Below are positions 1 through 7,475 of a DNA stretch of 24,452 bases, piece after piece (the stretch's first letter is position 1; every line of letters begins with the position of its first letter). Under the pieces are notes generated by a model. The model was given only the letters and a program-made list of their open reading frames with translations, was not told where the DNA came from and searched no databases. The position numbers were made by a program, and so were the translations under genes. The stretch spans positions 1-24,452 of the forward strand of contig JAGUZM010000005.1 of NCBI GenBank assembly GCA_020060805.1, given 5' to 3'. This stretch comes from Deltaproteobacteria bacterium. GTDB lineage: Bacteria; Desulfobacterota; DSM-4660; Desulfatiglandales; HGW-15.

Positions 1-43
1 TGAACGTTCCTGAATGTTAATAAACTTTGCTAATTAGCCTCTG

Positions 44-1345
44 TCATTTCATCAAATAGTTAGGAAGAAAAAGAGCGAGCTGAGGAAACAGAAACAGCAG
101 TGCCCCAAAAACGACTATCCCCAGCAAGAACGGAACTACGCCCCTATAGACTGTCGCCATGGGTGTCCTGCTGATTTTGTGAACGATGAACACATTTGAA
201 GCCACCGGCGGTATGACAATACCGATCATTACCGTCATCGCGATGATAATGCCAAACCAGATGGGATCAAACCCCAACTTCTGAACAGCAGGAAAGAAGA
301 CTGGCGTAGCAAGGACCATGAAAGCAAGGTCATCAATAAACGAACCACCGATCAGGTACACCAAGCAGATAATTAAAATAACGACATTCCTATGAACGTG
401 GAGAGTTGTGACCCAATCTGATATAAGCTGAGGAATATTTGTTATGGTAATGAAATGGCCCAGTATTGAAGATCCTGCAATCAGCATAAGGATCATGCAA
501 GCGGTGCGTGTCGCATCTCTAATGGCCTTGACATAGGCTACGAAGGTCAATCTTCCAGTCAGAACTATTAGGAGGAGCACAGTCATTGTCCCCACGCTTC
601 CGGCTTCCGTCGGGGTAAAAAAACCAGTTAAGAGACCGACCAGCATAAGGGCGAATATAGCGAGTACGACTGCAGCTTCAGGTAGTGAGGCAATCCTCTC
701 CTTCCAACTAAACTTTTGACCGGCTGGTGCTACCGAGGGGTTAATTCGGGCCCATCCGTAGATGATGAGAATAAACAAGAGAGCAATCCCAAGACCCGGA
801 ATAATACCAGCCAGAAACAACTTGCCGATCGATTGTTCGGTAATGAGCCCGTAAATGATTAGAAAAATAGTAGGTGGGATAAGACAGCCAAGTGTGCCTA
901 CGATGGCCACGAGTCCCGTTGAAAGCCTTTTGTCATAATGGTAGCGATCCATTTCCGGAATAGCGACACTGCTGAATGTCGCAGCTGTTGCATTTGCCGA
1001 CCCACACAGCGCCTTGAATGCCGCAGCGCCCCCAACTGTCGCCATTGCAAGTCCCCCCGGAATGTGGCCTAAGAATCGGTAGGCTGTGTTATAAAGCCTT
1101 TGTGCCATTCCCGATGCGAAAGCAAGCTGCCCCATGAAGATAAACAGCGGGAAGACTGAATAGCCATACGATACGAAAACGTCGTAGACGTCTTTTGCCA
1201 TCATATGGGTTGCCGCTTCGAAATTAACGAGATAGCTGAACCCTGCGAACCCTACCAGTATCATACAAAAAGGCAGTTCGAGACCAGTGAAAAACAGTAG
1301 GAGGAGGGCAACCAAGGCAAGACATCCAACCATTACCTCATTCAT
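44..1345 (-). CDS. dctM: TRAP transporter large permease (DctM-like), 433 aa
   Basis: Multi-helix hydrophobic protein with TRAP large-subunit features (FPLFIFMGQLAFASGMAQRLY, GSANATAATFSSVAIPEMDR, GCLIPPTIFLIIYGLITEQSIGKLFLAGIIPG); overlaps the end of the small-permease ORF by a few bases. Confidence 0.93.
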   Translation of the reverse strand: MNEVMVGCLALVALLLLFFTGLELPFCMILVGFAGFSYLVNFEAATHMMAKDVYDVFVSYGYSVFPLFIFMGQLAFASGMAQRLYNTAYRFLGHIPGGLAMATVGGAAAFKALCGSANATAATFSSVAIPEMDRYHYDKRLSTGLVAIVGTLGCLIPPTIFLIIYGLITEQSIGKLFLAGIIPGLGIALLFILIIYGWARINPSVAPAGQKFSWKERIASLPEAAVVLAIFALMLVGLLTGFFTPTEAGSVGTMTVLLLIVLTGRLTFVAYVKAIRDATRTACMILMLIAGSSILGHFITITNIPQLISDWVTTLHVHRNVVILIICLVYLIGGSFIDDLAFMVLATPVFFPAVQKLGFDPIWFGIIIAMTVMIGIVIPPVASNVFIVHKISRTPMATVYRGVVPFLLGIVVFGALLFLFPQLALFLPNYLMK

Positions 1346-1820
1346 GCTCTCCTCCTACAATTCTCACAATGTCGCAGACGAAGACTACCGATAAAACGAA
1401 GAAGCACGCTGCAAGGGCGAAGGAGATGGGGTGGAGCGGAAGTTGAAGAGTGCCTGAGACTTCTCCTCCTTTCCAGAACCCGAAGCCTATTTTCATCGAG
1501 TTCCAGCTGATGAGGATAGATAAAACGATGGCCGCGCATCTCGTAGCGAGATCTACTAGGTTCCTTGTTTTTCGGGGTAGGGCGCTTGTGACGAAATCGA
1601 CGGAAATATGGTCTTTCATCCAAAAGGAAGTGGGAACAGTAAAGCCTATGACGATTCCGCAACAGATTGCAATAATTTCAACGGCACCGGGTATCGGCAT
1701 GCCGAAAGGTCTCATCACTACGTCAAACGTGGTTAGCAGCATGATGAGGGTCAGGAAAACGCCTGCTATAGCATGCATTGCTAGATTGATCCTGGCAAAA
1801 GTCTTGATAAAGACATTCAT
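1338..1820 (-). CDS. dctQ: TRAP transporter small permease (DctQ-like), ~160 aa
   Basis: Four hydrophobic segments, FDVVMRPFGMPIPGAVEI small-subunit motif, adjacent to dctM. The ORF track starts at 1895, but the start MNVFIKTF at 1820 has a GGAGGA ribosome-binding site 6 nt upstream. Confidence 0.87.
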   Translation of the reverse strand: MNVFIKTFARINLAMHAIAGVFLTLIMLLTTFDVVMRPFGMPIPGAVEIIAICCGIVIGFTVPTSFWMKDHISVDFVTSALPRKTRNLVDLATRCAAIVLSILISWNSMKIGFGFWKGGEVSGTLQLPLHPISFALAACFFVLSVVFVCDIVRIVGGEHE

Positions 1821-1882
1821 AAAGCGTCCTCCGATCCATACGACCATTCCTCCTCGGCCGAGTGTCTCTGAACGTGAGCAAA

Positions 1883-2374
1883 CTACTCCCACCAAACACC
1901 GGTCGTCTTCCAGAATTCCTTGTCCTCCTCTTTCCAGTCCGGCCCAAATGTCTTGTCCATATATGAGCCAAGCCTATTGAACCATCGCCACCAAGGATGC
2001 TTTCCTTTATCTCGCGCCTCCAGTATATCGTTCAATAGAAGCACGATGTCAGACATCTTTTCCATGGGGATGTAGGAGGCTGCACCGTTGTGGAAAGACT
2101 TAAACAGGTTGTCCTTGGTCAGCGCATGGGCAGTGAGCATGACGGGAATAACGTCATGCTTCTTAGCTATTTCGAGGAGCTCGTATCCGTCGACACCCAT
2201 AATGTCCAATATCGCTATGTCGAAGAACTGTGTCTCCAGGAGCTCTTTTGCTTCCATGAAAGAAGATGCCTTTTCGACGTGACACATAGCCAGTAATTCG
2301 GCAAGTGCGCTGAGAACATCAGGCTCATCATCCACAACAAGAATTCTCTTCAACTCCAATAAATCGCGTTGCAA
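1883..2374 (-). CDS. Single-domain (REC) response regulator with a ~30-aa Trp-rich C-terminal tail (RR1)
   Basis: ILVVDDEPDVLSALAELL, FDIAILDIMGVDGYELL and VIPVMLTAHALT motifs; no output domain; tail WWRWFNRLGSYMDKTFGPDWKEEDKEFW. Confidence 0.9.
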   Translation of the reverse strand: MQRDLLELKRILVVDDEPDVLSALAELLAMCHVEKASSFMEAKELLETQFFDIAILDIMGVDGYELLEIAKKHDVIPVMLTAHALTKDNLFKSFHNGAASYIPMEKMSDIVLLLNDILEARDKGKHPWWRWFNRLGSYMDKTFGPDWKEEDKEFWKTTGVWWE

Positions 2375-2459
2375 CTTTTTTCTCCTTGTTCAGGTCAGCT
2401 ACTTTGTGGGTGTTTTCTGCGCTGGGTCAAAATACAGTGAAATAAAGGCGATGCATCTA

Positions 2460-4043
2460 CTACGGACGCTCGATAAATCCGACTGAAAACACATTATCTT
2501 GGCTATTGTAGGTTACACATGAATTTTGGCGCCACTTGCCGTCATCTGTTTTTCCGTAATCATAACGGATAAAGGCTCCGCGGCTTTCCTCTCTAAGGAT
2601 ACTTGTCTCAAGAATTGTCTGCAGGGTAAAGATGCCGCTTTTCAAGTCCTCCAGTTTCGCCACGTCACGCGAGTTGCTAGGCACAAGCCCCGAGACCCTG
2701 TTTTGAAGTTCGGAAACTCTCCTTATTCCCTCAGAAAGCCCCTCTTCACTCCTGACAACGCCGGCGTGTTTCCAGGCAATATCTCGCAGCAGCTGCCGTG
2801 CGCTTCTTAAATCAATGCCTTTAGAGGAACTCTTGAAAATGCCCGACTCAACTCTTTCGACGCCATTGGCTGCTATACCATGTTTTGTCGATGCATGCTC
2901 CGCCGCCCCTCGCCCTGCTATGATTCCGGTTACCGCGCACTCAGTCAAAGCGTTCCCCCTCATTCTGTTTGCCCCGTGAAACCCCCAGACTATTTCTCCG
3001 CAAGCAAAAAGACCCCGAAGAGTTGTCTCTCCATTTTCATCTACCTCCACTCCTCCCATAAAGAAATGCGCGGCAGGAGAAACAGGAAATGGGCTCCGGG
3101 CAAGGTCAATTTTCCTTTGTGGCAACAGAGTGAAAGGACGTTTCGAATACAAAGAAGCAGGGACACCCGTGTAATCCAGGGTGACCGGCCCCTGGAGACC
3201 TTCCTCATATAGAACGGCTGAGAAAGAATCCCTTCGACTCTCTATGGCTTCATTGGGATCGCCTATTCGGTGCTTGACAAGAATATCCTCCCCGCTGCTG
3301 TTGAGAATCCGCGCCTCTTTTGGATAAGGGGGATAGACGAGAAGAAATGGTGCGCCTCGTTGGGCAAGAACCAGTGGGTAGAACTGCACGAATTCCATAT
3401 CCCAGAGTCTGAGACCTGCCTTCGCAGCCAGATAGTAGCTCTGCCCCAGCATGTTCCTCTGATTGTCGTTGTGGAGGTAGAGCGCACCGGCACCGCCTGT
3501 TGCCAAGATCACAGCTGGAGCCTGAACTTCTGTCCGGCGGCCACTATTATCATAGCCTGAAACGCCTGATACCGAGCCGTCCCTGCTCATTATCTCCGTC
3601 ACATAGAATCGAGGGACTGATTCAATGCTCGGAGAGTTTTTTAGGTTGCCGGCGAGCCGTTTGACCAATGTGAGACCCCGTATCATATCGTTCGACTCGC
3701 TCTTTACGGCGTAACCTCCACGGAATGCCGCAAATTCCACTCCCCAAGAGGATAGTAGGGAAAAGGCCTCTAGCGCCCGGTCGGCAATCATATTCACTAT
3801 AGATTTTTTATTTAGGCCTTTGCCTGCAAGAAGGGTATCAGCAACATATTCTTCAACGCTGTATGCCTTGGACGGTCCTGCAAAAACTCCATTCGAGATG
3901 GCCGAGTTGGTTCCAAACCCGATACTGCCTCTATCCAGCAGCAGGACACGGGCGCCTTTCCGGGATGCTTCAAGGGCGGCAATCATCCCGGCACATCCGG
4001 CCCCGACAACCACAACGTCCGACCTGACCAATCGAATGGACAT
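2460..4043 (-). CDS. FAD-dependent oxidoreductase of the fumarate reductase/succinate dehydrogenase flavoprotein (FrdA/AprA-like) family, 527 aa
   Basis: N-terminal VVVVGAGCAGMIAALEASRKGARVLLLDR dinucleotide-binding motif; SPAAHFFMGGVEVDENGETTLRGLFACGEIVWGFHGANRMRGNALTECAVTG; C-terminal ESRGAF. Confidence 0.88.
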   Translation of the reverse strand: MSIRLVRSDVVVVGAGCAGMIAALEASRKGARVLLLDRGSIGFGTNSAISNGVFAGPSKAYSVEEYVADTLLAGKGLNKKSIVNMIADRALEAFSLLSSWGVEFAAFRGGYAVKSESNDMIRGLTLVKRLAGNLKNSPSIESVPRFYVTEIMSRDGSVSGVSGYDNSGRRTEVQAPAVILATGGAGALYLHNDNQRNMLGQSYYLAAKAGLRLWDMEFVQFYPLVLAQRGAPFLLVYPPYPKEARILNSSGEDILVKHRIGDPNEAIESRRDSFSAVLYEEGLQGPVTLDYTGVPASLYSKRPFTLLPQRKIDLARSPFPVSPAAHFFMGGVEVDENGETTLRGLFACGEIVWGFHGANRMRGNALTECAVTGIIAGRGAAEHASTKHGIAANGVERVESGIFKSSSKGIDLRSARQLLRDIAWKHAGVVRSEEGLSEGIRRVSELQNRVSGLVPSNSRDVAKLEDLKSGIFTLQTILETSILREESRGAFIRYDYGKTDDGKWRQNSCVTYNSQDNVFSVGFIERP

Positions 4044-4079
4044 TCTCCGCTCTCCGACTGTGGACTGCAGATTATGGGT

Positions 4080-5384
4080 TCATGAGGCGGTCCTCTTGTC
4101 CACAAACCGCTTTGACTTGTAATCCGATCGCGGAAGCGTATTTAGCGGGACTGCTTCTACAGGAATTCGAATTTCGAAACGTTCCCTTAGCGCCCTCTCC
4201 AGCCGTTTACAGAGTTGGGCCGGGTCGCGGCCTTTGCCGGGCTCGACGCACACCTTTACCTCGCCCATGCCATCTTTGGTATAGGCGATGATCTGGTACT
4301 CTTCTCCAATGAGAAGACAGCTCTCCACCACGTTGCCCAGATCAGAAGGAAAGAGGTTCATTCCCCGGATGATGATCATGTCATCACTTCTGCCGAGAAC
4401 ACCCCCTTCAAGCAGTCTGAAGGTGCGTCCGCACCCGCACTGCGCAGTACTTACTCGGACAAGATCGTGTGTCCGGAAACGTATCCCCGGAGAGGAGGTC
4501 CTGCCGAGATTGGTCAGGACCATCTCTCCCATATTTCCATCCTCCAAAGGCTCGCCGGTAGTTGGGTCAATCACCTCAAGGATGAATTCCGTCTCGTTGA
4601 CATGAATAGCGGTTCGTTGATGTTCGCAGTGAAGGGCGTAGGCGCCTACTTCGGTCAGACCGGGGTAATCGTAAGGAGTAGCCCCCCACGCCTCGGAGAT
4701 CTTCTTCTGAATCGAAGGAACGAGCCCTCCGGGTTCACCGGCATGGATCAGCAAGCGTACCGAACTCTTACTTAAATCTATGTTATTGTCCGCAGCGGCC
4801 TCTGCCATGCGCAAGGCATAAGTGGGCGTGCAGCAGACTACCGTTGCTTGGTTTTCTATGAGGCTCCTCAACCTTTGCACGGTATTCCAACCGCCACCTG
4901 CTATGGCAAGCGCGCCAATTTGAAAAGTCCCTTCGAAGAGACCCCAAAACGCCACGTGTGGACCAAAAGCAAACGGAAAAAAGACAACATCGGAGGGCCG
5001 CACACCCGAGGCCCACAGTGACATGGCAGCGCACTTGCCACGCCACTCCCAACTCTCTCTGGTATCCATCCATTTCAGGGGCAATCCAGTCGTCCCTGTC
5101 GTCTGATGATATCGGACATAATTCTCCAGGGGCTCAGAAAGGTTTGTTCCGAATGGCGGATTCTCCGTCTGATCCTTCTGGAAATCCCGCTTGTAGGTGA
5201 ATGGAAGCATCCTCAAGTCTTCGAGTGAGCGAACTCGTTCAGGATTGATTCCGCATTCCTCGTACTTCCGTCTGTAGAATGGGTTGCCACTCACCTTCCG
5301 CAGCAAACCCAGCAGCTTTTGTTCCTGGAGAGCACGGATCTCCCCACGTGAGGCCGCTTCGAAGGGGGTGAAGTTGGAACGCAT
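4080..5384 (-). CDS. Phenylacetate-CoA ligase (PaaK)-family AMP-forming CoA ligase, ~434 aa
   Basis: FYRRKYEECGINPERVRSLEDLRMLPFTYKRDF, HQTTGTTGLPLKW, YDYPGLTEVGAYALHCEHQ, GRSDDMIIIRGMNLFPSDLG. The ORF track starts at 5417; ATG at 5384 is preceded by AGGAGG with 6-nt spacing. Confidence 0.9.
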   Translation of the reverse strand: MRSNFTPFEAASRGEIRALQEQKLLGLLRKVSGNPFYRRKYEECGINPERVRSLEDLRMLPFTYKRDFQKDQTENPPFGTNLSEPLENYVRYHQTTGTTGLPLKWMDTRESWEWRGKCAAMSLWASGVRPSDVVFFPFAFGPHVAFWGLFEGTFQIGALAIAGGGWNTVQRLRSLIENQATVVCCTPTYALRMAEAAADNNIDLSKSSVRLLIHAGEPGGLVPSIQKKISEAWGATPYDYPGLTEVGAYALHCEHQRTAIHVNETEFILEVIDPTTGEPLEDGNMGEMVLTNLGRTSSPGIRFRTHDLVRVSTAQCGCGRTFRLLEGGVLGRSDDMIIIRGMNLFPSDLGNVVESCLLIGEEYQIIAYTKDGMGEVKVCVEPGKGRDPAQLCKRLERALRERFEIRIPVEAVPLNTLPRSDYKSKRFVDKRTAS

Positions 5385-5404
5385 TGTCTTCCTCCTGCCA
5401 ATTG

Positions 5405-5716
5405 CTATCTGTTCCACTCTTTCTGCGCACGCTCCAGCGCGGCAAAGACATCCTCGTAGGCATGCCCCGGAACGTATGGAGGCAGTTCCTCGATGATTCG
5501 GATATAGTAAGGCTGTTCAGATCTAAGCCCGGATTCGCCTCGCAGCCATAGGACATCCGCGCCGTGAAGTTCGTCCCTTGATCTGGCTATCTCGGCCTTC
5601 ACGTGTTTGGTGTTATACTTATCGGGTCCTGGAGTCAGGTCTTTTATGAACAATTGGGTCTTACCAATCTTCAGATCTTCGTATTTCCTAACAAACGTCT
5701 GCCATTCTCTGGCCAT
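5405..5716 (-). CDS. Small conserved-looking protein of unknown function (~103 aa), between the UbiD-like and CoA ligase genes
   Basis: ORF tightly packed between two clear genes. ATG at 5716 has AGGAGG 8 nt upstream, overlapping the ubiD-1 stop. No family recognised. Confidence 0.75.
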   Translation of the reverse strand: MAREWQTFVRKYEDLKIGKTQLFIKDLTPGPDKYNTKHVKAEIARSRDELHGADVLWLRGESGLRSEQPYYIRIIEELPPYVPGHAYEDVFAALERAQKEWNR

Positions 5717-5728
5717 AATTGCCACCTC

Positions 5729-7165
5729 CTATTTGAAACCGTAATTCTTCCAATTATCGAGTACCTTTTGTTGAATCTGCTGACCATAGATCCCCTTGAA
5801 ACACGATTTTATTGGAACGAGTTCCTTGTTCCAATCCGGCGGCCAGGTAGCGTCGAAAATCACCGAACACCCCTTGAGCGCGGCTCTTTCCTTGAGATTA
5901 TACATGGGCGTGAGGGAATTGGCTCTTCCTTCGTACCATTCGTAATGGATACCTCGTCCCGGGTGACAAACGGTTGCAAATGCGTGCAATACCTCATTCA
6001 TATTAAAGACGTCCACATCGGGCCCAACCATGATGTGTTTATTGGTCATGACACGACGCGCGCAAAAATATTCCAATACCTTTTTCGCAATTTCCGGCCC
6101 GCCCTCCTCGACACCAACTACGATGAGGTGGGTGACTCCTTCGGGGGGAACATAGACGTCGGTGACCGGAAGACCCCTTCGCAACAGCCCCTTTTTCATG
6201 GAGACGGCGGCAGTCAGTGAAGCGGCGATGTTGCTGTCGTCCGGGGGAGTCCCCAGCGCGATCATTGTGAGGATCGGATCGTTGCGGTGGGTTATAGCCG
6301 TGACCTTCACAGCGATTCCCTCGCACATGGTGCCGCTCCGAAACCCGGGATATTCGCCGAAAGGTCCATCCGGCGCAACCTTGTCAGGCTGCATTTCCGC
6401 TTCAATCACGATCTCTGCATTTGCTGGCACCATGAGATCAGAGGTCTCGCATTTGACTAATTCTACGGAAGCGCCCCCTAGTCCCCCCGAAAACTCCGCC
6501 TCGTTTTCCTGGAGAGGAATCGGCGCTGTGGCCATCAGGTGAGACACCGGGTCGGCCCCTAGTACAATGGCTACAGGCATTGGCTTGTTCTGGGGGAGGT
6601 ATCTTTCCTTGAAGATCTTGGCAAACTGGCTGGTGGTCTGGGGCCAACCCGTCAACCAGTTCTTGTTGTGAATCATAAAGCGATACATTCCCCAGTTGGT
6701 CCAGTTGGTCACAGGATCCTTGCAGATGATGATGTCCCAAGTACCTATGTACCGTCCGCCATCGCCTTCATGGATCATCGGCGCAGGAAATTTGTTCAGG
6801 TTGATATCGTCTCCCATCATAATATTTTGCTTGCAGGGAGCAGAGCGCTTCTCCAAGATCGTCGGCGGAATTTTACTGCCCAGCTTCACATCATAAGTGC
6901 GATAGATCTCACGTACGGAGGCGTTCCGAGGTAAACCCAAAGCCATGGCAACCCTCGGCCAAGTGCCAGAGGTGCCGTTAGAAATTGTATACCCCTTGGG
7001 GTAATCCTTGATGTTTTCGAACAGAAGACATGGCCCATACTGCTCATAGTTGCGGCGTCCGATAGCCCCGACCTCAATATCCCAGTCCACCTGTTTGGAT
7101 ATCCTGAGCAGGTCCCCTTCCTTCTCCAGAGCTTTGAAAAACTCCCTATGGTCTTTATATGGCAT
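5729..7165 (-). CDS. UbiD-family prenylated-FMN-dependent (de)carboxylase, 478 aa (UbiD-1)
   Basis: NWGMYRFMI, APIPLQENEAEFSGGLGGASVELVKCETSDLMVPANAEIVIEAEM, APDGPFGEYPGFRSGT, DVDVFNMNEVLHAFAT; GGAGGG ribosome-binding site. Confidence 0.93.
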   Translation of the reverse strand: MPYKDHREFFKALEKEGDLLRISKQVDWDIEVGAIGRRNYEQYGPCLLFENIKDYPKGYTISNGTSGTWPRVAMALGLPRNASVREIYRTYDVKLGSKIPPTILEKRSAPCKQNIMMGDDINLNKFPAPMIHEGDGGRYIGTWDIIICKDPVTNWTNWGMYRFMIHNKNWLTGWPQTTSQFAKIFKERYLPQNKPMPVAIVLGADPVSHLMATAPIPLQENEAEFSGGLGGASVELVKCETSDLMVPANAEIVIEAEMQPDKVAPDGPFGEYPGFRSGTMCEGIAVKVTAITHRNDPILTMIALGTPPDDSNIAASLTAAVSMKKGLLRRGLPVTDVYVPPEGVTHLIVVGVEEGGPEIAKKVLEYFCARRVMTNKHIMVGPDVDVFNMNEVLHAFATVCHPGRGIHYEWYEGRANSLTPMYNLKERAALKGCSVIFDATWPPDWNKELVPIKSCFKGIYGQQIQQKVLDNWKNYGFK

Positions 7166-7222
7166 TTTTATTTAACCCTCCTTGAAATGATCTCACGTTC
7201 ACCTTATTCGTTATGGCTCTTC

Positions 7223-7238
7223 AGCAAGGAGTGTGCCA
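7223..7238 (-). promoter_or_regulatory. Sigma54 (-24/-12) promoter for the ubiD-1 operon: TGGCAC-ACTCC-TTGCT
   Basis: Minus-strand reading TGGCACACTCCTTGCT; exact GG-N10-GC spacing; ~50-60 bp upstream of the ubiD-1 start, next to a divergent sigma54 activator gene. Confidence 0.82.
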
Positions 7239-7434
7239 GATAACCATTAAGCTATCCCGTCTGCATCATTTGCCGCCGATGGAAAACGAAGCGAGCGCGA
7301 TTCAAAAAGAGCAGGGGCAAGCGCAGCCACGTTTTCCTGATTTTTTGACAGGAGAGCTTGAATAGAGACATGCGTTCTATGAAGCCGTTCATTGTTTCTC
7401 TTGACACTAAATGCATTGATGGTATCCTCGATTG

Positions 7435-7457
7435 TGTCCAGCAAGTGGACATGTCCA
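7435..7457. promoter_or_regulatory. Putative activator-binding site (UAS) A: TGTCCAGCAAGTGGACATGTCCA
   Basis: Perfect TGTCCA-N5-TGGACA palindrome overlapping a perfect 12-bp palindrome TGGACATGTCCA; ~200 bp upstream of the ubiD-1 sigma54 promoter; matches sites B and D. Confidence 0.7.
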
Positions 7458-7475
7458 AGCACAACTTTTCCGAGG

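Noticed and set aside
1342-2296. Opposite-strand or overlapping ORFs (e.g. 1450..1980 +, 1723..1971 -, 2088..2282 +)
   Set aside because: They overlap well-supported dctQ or response regulator genes in other frames, have atypical composition and show no recognisable domains.
2526-6542. Plus-strand ORFs such as 2880..3212, 4215..4775, 5603..6220 and 6162..6542
   Set aside because: These are antisense to clearly coding FrdA-like, PaaK-like and UbiD genes and look like shadow ORFs of GC-rich coding sequence.
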